From the NCBI GenBank assembly GCA_964252035.1, contig OZ176200.1: a stretch of 64,000 nucleotides of DNA. One strand, given 5' to 3'. Positions 1 through 11,600 of this stretch are shown one piece after another (position 1 is the first letter of the stretch; each line of letters opens with the position of its first letter). The translations under genes were made by a program, and so were the position numbers. This DNA is from Podarcis erhardii. Taxonomy: Eukaryota. The notes below the pieces were generated by a model. It ran no database searches and had not been told where the DNA came from. It worked only from the letters and a program-made list of their open reading frames with translations.

Positions 1-1596
1 CGCAGAAAATTAGTTGTGGGTGAATTAATTTAAGATTAACTGATCTGGGCGAGATATTAATTTGTAATTTAATTTGATACCATTCATGGATGAATCAAAG
101 TATATTTATTAGAGGATTAATTTGGATGGGAAATGAACTGGCTCGCCTTCTGTTAAACAGGTGGAATTAAATGAGTGTTTTAGTGTTTTGAGGCTCCGAC
201 ACTCTGCCTCTGCCATACTCAGAAGGCAAGCTGGTGTGAGTAAGCTTGCTCCCACGAAACTGAGACATTGCTGTTTTGTTGCAATAGCAAATCTGGGGCC
301 AAATGGGTAGTTCACTACTGGGGCACCAGATTCAACTTCTGCCTTGCACTCTGCTTGTGGTCTTAGGCAGCAGCTGTCTAGTCCAGTACACTCGGTGTGT
401 AGTTGTGATCAGCCAAATGCCTTAGAAATCTCAAAAGCAGTGGGGCATGATAACATACTATGGTGAAGTATATTGCATTTCTGCTTAATTATAGTAATAA
501 CTGATAGTGATTATCTTAAAATTTGAATCCGTGCATATACATATATCAGCATATGCAAATTTTATACATAATTCATGTGGCCCTTTGGCAGGAAGGAAAT
601 GGATCAGTAAAAAAAGAAAGAAAAGAGGACTAAAGTGGCCACCCAGACCTCAGAGGGCACCAAAGATATTAACAGGAAGAGCACCAGAAATTTATGGAGA
701 ACTGAAATAAAGGCCCTTAAAAGCTGCTCCATGCGATTTGTGATTAAATTAAAAGAAACTCTGGGAAATCTTGTATTAAAAACACATGAAATATGAGAAC
801 CAAGCATAAAACGCTTGGGCACTCAAAGTTCTGTTTGGAAAGCAATTTAAGAGACAAGAGGGAGATGGCAAGTTTTTCAAGTAATACTGAGCAGATAGCC
901 AGTGTGAAAGAATAAGATACAGTACTTAACTTCAATACCAAGGCACACATAGCTATAGTTTATTATTGTGTGCCGAGAAGTGGTGGTGTATTAATTCTCA
1001 ATACAACTTTATTGTTACTTGTGAACTCTTAAAGTCACCTTGGGGCTCCTTGGGATCAAAAGACAGGAAAAGGAATGTAATAATAAAGAAGACATTGAGG
1101 CATTTGAAGGCGGAACAGTAATAAGGCTGGTTCCTGCTGAAAGTGCTTGTGGTTATTTATAAAGGCAAAATGCATATACCTCCCAAATTCTCCAAGTTCA
1201 CTTCCAACTGTCCAAGAGCTTCTATGTTTATGTAAGCAAAGGTTTAGGGTGGAGTGTTTCACGGACAAGGGAAAGGGGGAGAAAATAGTTATGGAAAGAA
1301 ATCCAATGTATACAAGAGTTATCTACAGTGTGGTCTAGTCAGGGCTTATGAATTATAACTTTGATAAAGTCATCCAGATGTTCAATTGCTTCTTGCTCTA
1401 GCACAGCTGATTTCAATAAGTGGTTTGGGAGCGAGTAGACTGTCAGTAGGGATTGATTGGGGAACTACACAAAAAGATAATAGGGTATGAATCATTTGCA
1501 TATCAGGGATTGGAACCAACAAGGAGAGCCCTGAGGAAAGGGTGGGATTTATTACTGACACCTTTGCAGCAGTGAAGAACCTTGGGTTATCTAGAT

Positions 1597-1732
1597 CAGG
1601 CATAGGCAAACTTGGCCCTTCAGATGTTTTGGGACTACAACTCCCGTCATCCCTGACCACTGGTCCTGTTAGCTAGGGATGATGGGACTTGTAGTCCCAA
1701 AACATCTGGAGGGCCGAGTTTGCCTATGCCTG
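1597..1732. mobile_element. Palindromic hAT (Charlie-type) MITE
   Basis: TIR CAGGCATAGGCAAACT.../...AGTTTGCCTATGCCTG; perfect 8-bp TSD ATCTAGAT at 1589-1596 and 1733-1740. Confidence 0.9.
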
Positions 1733-2142
1733 ATCTAGATGCTTCTAGAGTACAACTTTCTCTTCTTTTTAAAGTGATCCATAAGGCACCCTGGGAGCCT
1801 GTTTGACTGAAGACCAGGATCCAACTTCCTTAGATAAGAAACAAAACAACCAAACTCCCTTTAGATCTGACTATTGACCATGTTGCCTGGGTTTAATGGG
1901 AACTGGAGTCCAGCAGCATCTGGAGTCATGGGTTGTCTGCCATTGCCTTATAGCAGAAATACTTGGCAAAACCCTGCTTTTAAAAGAGTAGACTAATCCG
2001 AAAGGGAGAACCCAAAAGGAATTTGCTCCCCTTCCTCCTGCTGAAATTAACCAACTACTTGAGAGGGGAACAGCCTCAGAGAAAAGTGACGCTCCTTCCA
2101 GCATGATTTCCCTGCCCCTCCCAAGTATCACTCCAGAGATTT

Positions 2143-2380
2143 ATTCATTCATTTCATAAAATTTATACACCAGCAGTTTTTACAAAAGATAAAGCAGTAA
2201 AACCAAGAAAAGATTACAACCCTGCTCTAAAACATACAAAAGTTAAAATACTAAAGCGGTTTAAAATAACCTCAACTTTCTAAACATCTGGGTAGACTTG
2301 TCTAAACAGGAATGTTTTAGCAGTAAAGTTAAGGTGTTGCCTGATCTCAAAAGGGCAGCTGAGGCTGCTCAGTTCCATTT
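2143..2380 (-). mobile_element. Degraded L2-type LINE 3' end
   Basis: ttcattcatttcataaaatttatacacc tail and ctaaacaggaatgtttt motif typical of lizard L2 3' ends; boundaries approximate. Confidence 0.45.
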
Positions 2381-3500
2381 GTCCCCTCCCCCCAATGGTA
2401 ACTGGTGTAGTTGTGGAGAAACTGGCCCACAGAAACCAGCATGGTGTAGTTTCTCTGAGCCTCTGAACTGGGACTCGAGTTAGGCCAAGAGGAAGCAAAC
2501 TTGGAGCAAGATTTCCAGCACAATGTAGACTAATAAACAGTACCTTTGCACCCACCATCTGCAGCCAAATATATTCCCTCTGTAGCACCAAGGCAATTCA
2601 CAATTTAGGCATGTTGACACCTTCATTGCTCTGTAAAGGTAGGCACATCTCCAGGGGATATTCCCAGCAGCACAGAGCAATGTCCAGGTGGTAGGCATTG
2701 GTCTGCTAGGGTGGAGAAGGTTTTGTGGTCAGATGAAAGGGAGATGGGCCTTGTTTCTTCTTGGCAGAGTACAAGCACTCCCTGGTGTTCAAGTGATCTA
2801 CCAACGGTAGAGACTGGACTATGTCCACAGGGTACTCTTTTCAAGTGCTCCCTTCTGGAGCCCATATTTCATTCCACTACACATATTTTCTCCCACTGTC
2901 CATAACCACAGTTTAGTATTACATCAGTACTCACTGTAACCACGGCTAAGACTAGTCAAGTATTCTCTATCTTGGGTTCAAAATGAGCACTGGAGGCTTG
3001 TTTCCAAACAGATTAAAATGGTGTCATTTGAAACATTATTTCACCCCGATTAAAGAGCGAGAAAGATGTGCTTCCACAAAACAAAATGAAAATGCAGCGA
3101 TAAAGATGTTCTCAAGACCCAGATGATGAGCTGCAAAAAGCAAGTGAGCATGTTTCTTGCTTAATGAAGGTTTGCAGCTTCTAGGTTTTTGAGCTGCATT
3201 CAAAAATGTTACCATTCAGCAACATTTTAAATGCTACAGCATGGATGTTGAACTCCAACTCCCATCAATCACAACCGCTGGTCTTGCTGGTGGGGGCTGA
3301 TGGGAGTTTTGAGTCCAAAAACATCTATAGGGCTCCAGGTGCCTCAAACCCCTGAACCATAAAGTCGGAAAATACAAAGTAGAGCATGATTTCCATCATA
3401 TGAGAACCCAAACAGAGGCAGAGTTCGAAACGGTGCCTCGTCAGAGCAGAGTTTGTTTTCAAAGGAAGAAAGGAAACAATCATGTTTATAGAGAACTACA

Positions 3501-3506
3501 TTTATT
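3501..3506 (-). terminator. Candidate polyadenylation signal AATAAA
   Basis: Upstream UGUA elements and a downstream tgattgtttcctttcttcc U/GU-rich tract on the minus strand. Confidence 0.55.
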
Positions 3507-3572
3507 TGTTTACAGCCAGTCTAAAAAGTTAAACATTCACCGTGTGCAAAATACAAATTTCCATGTGATAGT

Positions 3573-3586
3573 TTTATTTATTTATT
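3573..3586 (-). terminator. Three overlapping AATAAA hexamers (candidate proximal poly(A) signal)
   Basis: Plus strand reads tttatttatttatt. Confidence 0.4.
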
Positions 3587-5300
3587 TTAGAAAATAAAGA
3601 AAGAAAACACCCTAATAAAAATGTTCAGTTAAGTTTCAGAGGCAAAATAAATAAATAAATCAAAAGTCTGAAAGAGTAGAAGAGGGACAGAATCCTCATT
3701 GGCATTGTTTAAGAAATGAAGGCTCTGCAACAGAAAAAAGAATAAAGTATAGCAAGAAACAGATAGAGACTTTGCCATCAGAAATCCCATTGATGAAACA
3801 TGCAGGGAGTTTATGTTAGTCACAGCAAACAAGAATCATGCTGTTAATAAATGTAGATACACTTTCACAACCTTTCTTTTGGGTGGTGGTGAGAAACGAA
3901 ATTTAGAAAACAAGATCCATCAGTTCTCTAAGTGAATTCCCCCCCCAGTGCTTTGGATAGTTTAAGAGCAGAATCTACTACTTAAGTACTAGATATATCA
4001 TTTTTTTCTGAACAGGAGAAGCATCTCCCTTAGTCCTACTGTACAACTAGTTGCTTTCCTGCAATAGTAACATGATTATGCAAGAGAAAGCTTTCCTATA
4101 AGGGGCGGGGGGAATGCCCTTTCTGAGAACGACTCAAAAGACAGAGGAAGAATGTAATATTTTGAGAAAAATATTGGAGTATCAGCACATTATTGTCAGA
4201 AACAGCAAACCCTGCATTTTTTTTCAATCTTTAAAAATGGCTACATGCTCAAGTGTCTAAATAGTCACCCTTTCTCACAGGGTGTTGGGGCTCTGAGAAT
4301 GATGTCACAGGCATTGTCCCATAGGTGCTAATGACAACACAACAACAAGTTTATCATGTGTAGATCTGGAATTGGGTGGAGCTTCTCTGACAGAACTATC
4401 TCACCTCAAGACACTGATGGCTGGGCACTGCCTTTGCTATAAGCAAGTTGGTGAGGTCAGTGAAGAGTGAAAGTTCTCCTCCATCTCCTTTCTTGACAGG
4501 AGTTTTAGCAGCCATTATCTTGCTTGGCCAAATTCTTAGCATGTCTAAGACATGGCTGGTACGTTCTTGCTATTTGCAAAGCTACTCTTGGCTAATAATA
4601 GAAGTTTAACCAGGCAGCAAAGTCAGTGGCATGGGTGCACCCTAAGAAAAATACATACATGTGGTGGCCATTTCAGGCACGTCCAAAGGATGCCCAATTG
4701 CCAACACACAGGTCGTTTTGGACCTGGAAGAGGGAAGAAGGGGGGCATGGCAAAATGGGCCGGGGCAAATTTATGCCTGCTCCGCTGACATGTGTGGGGG
4801 CCAGGAATGGAACCCCCACACTAAACGGTCATAGTCTGTACTGCATTAGCATGGAAGTGCTTTGAATGGTATATTTCAACAGATGCACCAGCATAACATA
4901 TACAGTAACATTATCCTGGTGATACAGCAACATTCTTCTTACTATTAAGATTTATTTATACCCTGCCTTCTTCTATGATGGGACTCAAGCTGACTTACAG
5001 ATATTACAGGTAACCTTGCATTTGCAGTTTGATGTTAAAAACAATTAAGGATTCACATTTTAAGGTTTTGTTTCGAAACACTTAGGACTCTGAAATGTCT
5101 TACTTGCTTATCAAATGAATACATTTAATACCTTTGCACATCTAAATTACTTTTGGTTCTGAGCCTTTAAAAGTAGTCTGTAAAGCTAGAATATAATTTA
5201 CTATTCTCTTCTAGTATTTACTATAGTTAGAACTATAGTTTAGTGAGATCCAAGCAGACTCAAACCCTTCCTTGCACACTTAATCTTTTTCTACTGCAAA

Positions 5301-5342
5301 TATGAGTCAATTTATGAAATTTATGAGTCAATTTATGAAACT
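5301..5342. repeat. 21-bp tandem duplication (tatgagtcaatttatgaaa.. x2) in the 3' UTR
   Basis: Direct inspection; period 21. Confidence 0.9.
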
Positions 5343-5598
5343 TTAAAAAAAAAAATCCCCCCAACATACATGCAGATAGATGAGAGAAATTATGGGGGAA
5401 GGGATAAAAATAAACCATTTTTTTTTTCAAATTGTCAACTACAAGGCAGGTTAAATGATTATGCACAAACTTCTCTTTTAGTTAGCACACAAACTACTTC
5501 AAATGGCCTTTGTAACATTGGCAGAAAATATTAGGGATTAGTCACGGCACTCAAAAAATGATAGCAAAACAGTACAGTCATCTTACAGCAGAAATGGT

Positions 5599-5639
5599 TC
5601 AGCCAATGAGAGGATGTAGCACTGGAATGTTGAAATGAA
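5599..5639 (-). CDS. MICAL2: MICAL2 terminal coding exon 24 ((V)[12 protein letters not shown])
   Basis: cttgtctttAG| acceptor; 41 nt to TGA; matches recalled human VHFSLPVLHPLLG*. Confidence 0.93.
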
Positions 5640-8600
5640 CTAAAGACAAGGTAAGAGAGTGGGAAAGAAGGCAGTCAAAACTAGCTAACAATAAAGCCTT
5701 TGAAAGAAAAGATTGCTAGACACAATCTAACATTGCAAAGTAGAGAAAAGTATGCTGAAATGAAATTGCCTGCCTTCACTGATAAAAAGAAGAATATTTA
5801 ACAACCATTATCAGCTACATTTCAAGTATCAAATATATAGCAGTTACAGAAGACCCTCTGTTATTTCAAATCTCTTTTTGAAAATGAGTGTGACTCTGAA
5901 CCATCACCTTGACATAAAGTAAACATGACTCAATTTATTTGAGCAAGACTTTGGACACACATTGATCACATATGGAGCCCCTTTTGTTTTCCAAACCCAT
6001 CTTCAAACCTGCATTGCTTCTGTGGTAATATGAAGCTGACTCAGAAGCACCAAAGTGATCAAACATGTGATCATCATGGGTGGACATGTGTTCATCATGA
6101 TGCCAAACACTGCACCAAGAAAACTGTGGCCTCCTGAAGTGGTGAAGTGCATGACCCAGAAATTTTGATTATCCAAGTATTTTATGACCAAAAGTGAATG
6201 GATAAATAAGGCAGAATTGTCTACCACCAATGTGAGACCCCTTCCAAGTTCATTGATAGTTTTAAAATACTAGTGCAAGTTACTGTACGTATAACTAAGC
6301 CGTTATATGGTACACTCTTGTCAAAATCTGATTTGCTTGAGATGTTGCTAATCTTAGGTTTAATTCTCAACCCTTTCTGCTCTTTACAGCAACCCATTAC
6401 GCTGAAAATCATGAAACACCAAATATTACAGTTCCTACTACAACACTATTGTCAGGGTGTATAATGCTTTTAAAAAAACAACCCCATTAATTTTCATCAA
6501 CTGCATAGAGTTACATTTGGGTAGATTACATGGTACCCTCCAGATAATAATAATAATTTTATTATTTCTACCCTGTGCACCTGACTGGGTTGCCCCAGCC
6601 ACTCTGGGAGGCTTCCAACAAATATAAAAGCAAAATAAAACATCAAACATTAAAAACTTCAGATGTCTTATAGCTATTTATCTCCTTGACATCTCATGGG
6701 AGGGCATTCCACAGGGTGAGCGCCACTACCAAGAAGGCCCTCTGCCTGGTTCCCTGTAACTTCCCTGTTCCTGTTGTGAACTACAACTCCCATACCTCCC
6801 CCCCCCCCCAGCCAGAATGGCCAATGGTTGAATATGGCAAATGTAATCCACAACATCTGGAGGGCACCATAGACTGAAGACACACTTCTTTGCACTGGCC
6901 TTTGACACCAGAGATCTGTGTTTTCAGGACTCACCCTAGTCTCATGAACGTAGTATTTTAATGGGGGTTTTTACGTCTGAATTTTAACAGTCTTGTAAAC
7001 CACTCTGGGACCTGTTAGGTGAAGGGTGGGTAATAAATTTAAGAGTAAGAGTAAGAATCCTGTCTTACATGAACAGTTGTCAAGGGGTCTTAAAGGTTGA
7101 TCTACACTTTAATCAACATTAAGGATATTAATGACCTCACAACTGAACAGGTAGAGTTGTCTTTTTCAAAAAGTATTACGATTTGCAGATTGAAGCAATC
7201 CCACCCCCTTATTTTCTTTTAGCTCAGAGACTGCTCAGACACTTGAGATGTAATGAAACCAGGAAGTGCTAGGTACTTGGGGTTCCAATTACTTCTGCAT
7301 CTTGATGTTGCTGTAAAGGTGATTCACAAATGTTTGGGTGCATAGGAAACAACTGAAAATCTTGACGTTTTCTCTCCTTGAGTGTTTGTGGTGACACACA
7401 AAATGGCGAGTGCTGCACACAGCAGTGAATGAATTGGAATGGCTGGCCTCAAGCAGGAAAACAGCATGTGCATGAGTTTTAAAGAGTCTTTCTGTGGCTA
7501 CTCTGTGTGCCAAATAGCTCACTTTTTAACTAAAAGGAGCAAGTGACAAAACTAAATACAACCATTTCCTTCCGAACCCAACAGGCCTACACAAATTCTT
7601 GCCCATAAACAAATCCTTAATGGCAGTGCAGTAAGAATCAAAGGCTAAGTGCGCAATCCTATAACCACTTACCTGGGAGAAAAGCCCCATTGAATTCAGC
7701 GAGGCTGACTTCAAAATAGACATGTAAAGGGCTGCACTATAAATAAGAATACTGCAGCCCGAAACTTCTTTACTTCCCAATTCAATTTAAACTGAGCTTA
7801 CGTACTATCAAGTTAAGTGTGCTTTGTATTAAACCTTAAAAGTTTCACTCCACAAATGGGACCTTCTTCCATGTTAGTCTGATTAGGATTGAGGTGTAAA
7901 ATGGAATGGAAGATTAGGGGGGAGGAACCCATCAACCAAGTGGCTCTTTTAAGAAAGCATGAAATTTAATGTGATGCATGGTTCTATGCAAGTATAAAAT
8001 CAGGGTTTTTCATGAAGGCAAATGTATATATTTAATGGCAAGTAGGTATCCATCCATTTTTGTCATTCCCCAATGCGAATAAAACTCAGGCAATTCAAAA
8101 TCCGCAGAAAGACAATCTATCTTTCTGTCAATGAAAACCAAAATGGTTGCTGTTTTTTAAAAAACTAGCAGCTGTTATCTACAGGATGTCAAGCACCTAC
8201 AAGGCCTTGCAATCATGCAGTGGAACTTTATTTCTTTTTTACAGCAGTTTCCCACATTGCATCAAACTGCATTAGAAAGTAATGAGCTCATCAAAATATT
8301 GTCAAGTGGTCAACAAGTGTCAGAAACCTCACTGTATACACTTGCCATGCTAAACTCTACTTAGAAATAAATGTTGCAAAGTGTTTATAATATTAATTTA
8401 TTAGCACAACCTTGTCTCTGAAGCAGCAGAAGTGTAAGATCGCAACACAGCGGGTACACAGAGAAAGGTCAACCATAGGAAGTGGTTTATTGCCAAGTTA
8501 GATCATTGACCTATCTGGTTCAGTATGGCCTACATAATCTCTCTCTAGTGGTTCAGGAAGAATTCTCTCTTAGCCAGCTGTAGATGCCAGAGGATTGAAC

Positions 8601-11600
8601 CAGGACATTCTGTATGCAAAACATGCATTCTACGACTGCGCTACAATGACCTCAGAGTGGCAAGTTGTAATAAACCTTGGCAAAAAGATATTGTTCTTGG
8701 ATCGTAAGTACCAAGTAGTTATGTGCTTAAGTGTATACCACATATATCTTCTGTAAACTTTCATAATGGCAAAACAGATTCAAAATCTTGTTTTAGTCAA
8801 GTATGGCTTTAAAAGTATGTGACTATTTGAACTGAGGGGGATAAATCTGAGTGCATGTTGGCACCCAGTCCTCATTCAAATCTCCCAGAGTTGCATCCTA
8901 AGTTCTTTGGGTCTTGCTAACACTTGAAAACATTTTGTAAGTGTATCATGAAGTGGATACCAGAATCTCTCAAATGTGTATTAATTTCACATATTAATAA
9001 TTCTAACATATCTAAAATTGTCAGGGGCATTTGGGGGGGAAGGAAGGGGGCTTATAAACACAAAAGATATGCCTCATCAATATTAGCTATAAGCCATCTC
9101 TCATGGTATATACTATGACATACCTCACAATTTGGAGAAATAAATATAGGCAAGTGTTATACTTTTATCTGAACTGATTGTAATTAACTAATGTCTAACA
9201 TTTGCTCTTTGAATTTATTCATAAAAATAACAGGAAATGCCCAGTGTTTACAGAGTATACCAAAGATAAGTCAATGAAAATATATGGGCTAGTAATACAT
9301 ATTTTTTCACTTAAAAAAAAATCTACACATGTGAACAAACTCGCAGCCCCATAGCAGAGTTAAAGCAAGAGGGGCAAGGGAAGAAATGAAGTATGTGCCA
9401 TATTCAGTTTTCAAAAAGACAGACAGCTTTTGCTGTTGGCCTAGAAATGTCTGAAAGGACCGTCTTTCACAGTCTTTAAAATAAGGATAATAAAATGTAA
9501 ACTCAGAGGAATATCTGGTCATAACTAGAAATAGAACCAGTTTTTTTTTAACCTATAAAAACATCCTTCATATATTTTCCATGGTTTGGAAATGTGTCTG
9601 GACACTGACCTTCGTGATCCGAAAGAAATTTGAAATGATCGAAAGAATTGCACCATGGTTATCAAGTAGAGCTTTGGGCTCATTTAAAGCACATACTAAA
9701 TTGAAATGAAATATCTTTGCTTGTGCGTACACATGTAATCAGAGAAGGCTGTTAGTTTTGGAAATCTGAAAGGCACGACCCAAAAAAAAAAAAAAAAAAA
9801 AAAGATTCAGAAGAACTTTAAACCCTGAAGAATTTTTTCACCAGTTCAAGCATGTTCTCATAGGACAGCTCCGCTTCCCGGTAAATATGGCCAAGTAACT
9901 CCTGAAGCGCAAAAAGGAATGGCATATTGAAGCTTAGGAGTTCATACAAGTAGGTATAGTTGTATGCATTGTCCCTGAAATGAAGTCTGGCAGCGTGCAG
10001 GAAACCATGCATCCAGTTAGAGAGGCGTCTTGGAAGGTCAAGCAGATCCCTTGTCACCTTAAGAGGCCAGCTTAGCGTTTTCCTAAAGAATGAAGGCAGG
10101 ATACCTGGGGACCGGTCTTCTGAACTGCCGCCTGCAGCAAAAGCATTTTCTGGGCTGGTTTCTGGAGACATGGGCTCTTCTTGCCGCCACGGTTTCGCTT
10201 CCTCCTTTAAAGAGACACTCAGCTTAACATTGTGCCATCATCATCTCCCCAAATGTAACAGCTAGAGGAACAGCTAGAAAACAAATGGAAACCTAGCAGG
10301 TAGCTAACATTATATCATTGCTGCAAACTTAAGGAGGACATTGTTCCCATAGTAGAAATGACTTTGCAATGGAAGTCGGTAACAGCAATTTCCACTTGGA
10401 TTATATGGAAGACATGGTTTGGAATGAAAAAAAAGTTGAGCAGACATTGTGCGCAGGTTGACACAAGTCTGCAGAAGCCAGTTTCCAAAATGACCACTGG
10501 CCATCCTCCTGCAGCACCTCCCACATGAACCATGGCATCTACACCCATAAAATGTGTGCCAAACTGTAAGTTTGGGCATGCCTCAATATACCATAACTAT
10601 ATAACAATTCCATCAGTAGCCAGAATATCTAGAAGCAAATAAATTAAAAAATGAAGCAACAAGCTTTGGACTACCACAAATCATATACCCATACCTCTAC
10701 AACGTGACTGTCTGGTACATAAAAGGATCAGCTCACTTGGGTTCCACAAGACACTTGAACTGCATAACTTATGCTTATCACTTTCATTGAGATGGAATTT
10801 ATAATTCTTAGCATGCCTTGTCCACTCACTGCCAGGCTTTGGCAGATCAGTGGAACTACACAAACTCTAGACCACCACACCTACCTTTTCATGATTCTTT
10901 ACCATAACTCTTCTTTTTCTGTGCTTGTTATTTGTTTTACACTGTGCAAAATGAAGCTTGCAGTAAAATTTACCTGGAAAACACAAGGACAGGAGGAATG
11001 ACATTGTTTGCTTTCTCTCTCTACCAATCACTTCATTCCATTTGGAAATGAACAGTGACAGAAGCCACAGGTGCTGTGCATACACTTTAATGTGCCACAA
11101 CCTACTGCATCTTTCTCGATTTGGGCTTCAGGGAGAATGTCTTTATATGCTGTGAAGAAAAGTGTGCTTTCTATCTTGTACCTCTTAATTTCTATTAACA
11201 TATTTCTTTAACTCCCCTGTCAGTTTTATCTCGCACAATAAACAGAGGATGACCAAGGAAGCCTCTGCAACTTAACCTGTTTATCTGTAGAACAGGGCAC
11301 ATTCGTGCCATATAAGGCATTCTGGCTGAATTTTTGCTTCAATTGAAATTTAAGCCTTATTGCTTTCTTTATGCACTGCAGCAAAGTTTTCACAGTGAAG
11401 TTTTGTGGTTTATGTGATCGCTCCTCACCTATTTCTAGGGTGGCAGGGTGGGGGGTGGGGAGAGAAATCATGTGTACCAGATCTCTGTGCTGCTGGCAGA
11501 AGTCAAGGATGTCATTTACACCAGATGTCATCTGTAAGAATAAGGCAGCAAAAAAACCCGCAATTTGGAAAACATCAGATTTTTACACCTCTCGATTCCA

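Larger units (their letters stand above)
3480..5598 (-). other. MICAL2: Probable 3' UTR (about 2.1 kb) of the short MICAL2 isoform
   Basis: Follows the stop codon, AU-rich, and ends in AATAAA signals with U/GU-rich downstream sequence. The 3' end is inferred. Confidence 0.55.

Noticed and set aside
1-3400. Search for MICALCL/bMERB exons or a neighbouring gene
   Set aside because: No supportable exon found by eye; only repeat fragments and unique non-coding sequence.
5621-5628. ACATTCCA (miR-1/206 8mer) in the terminal coding exon
   Set aside because: Inside CDS and apparently not present in the recalled human codons; likely chance.
6003-6230. Hydrophobic 75-aa ORF as another terminal exon
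   Set aside because: No homology recognised; the true terminal exon at 5599-5639 explains the junction.
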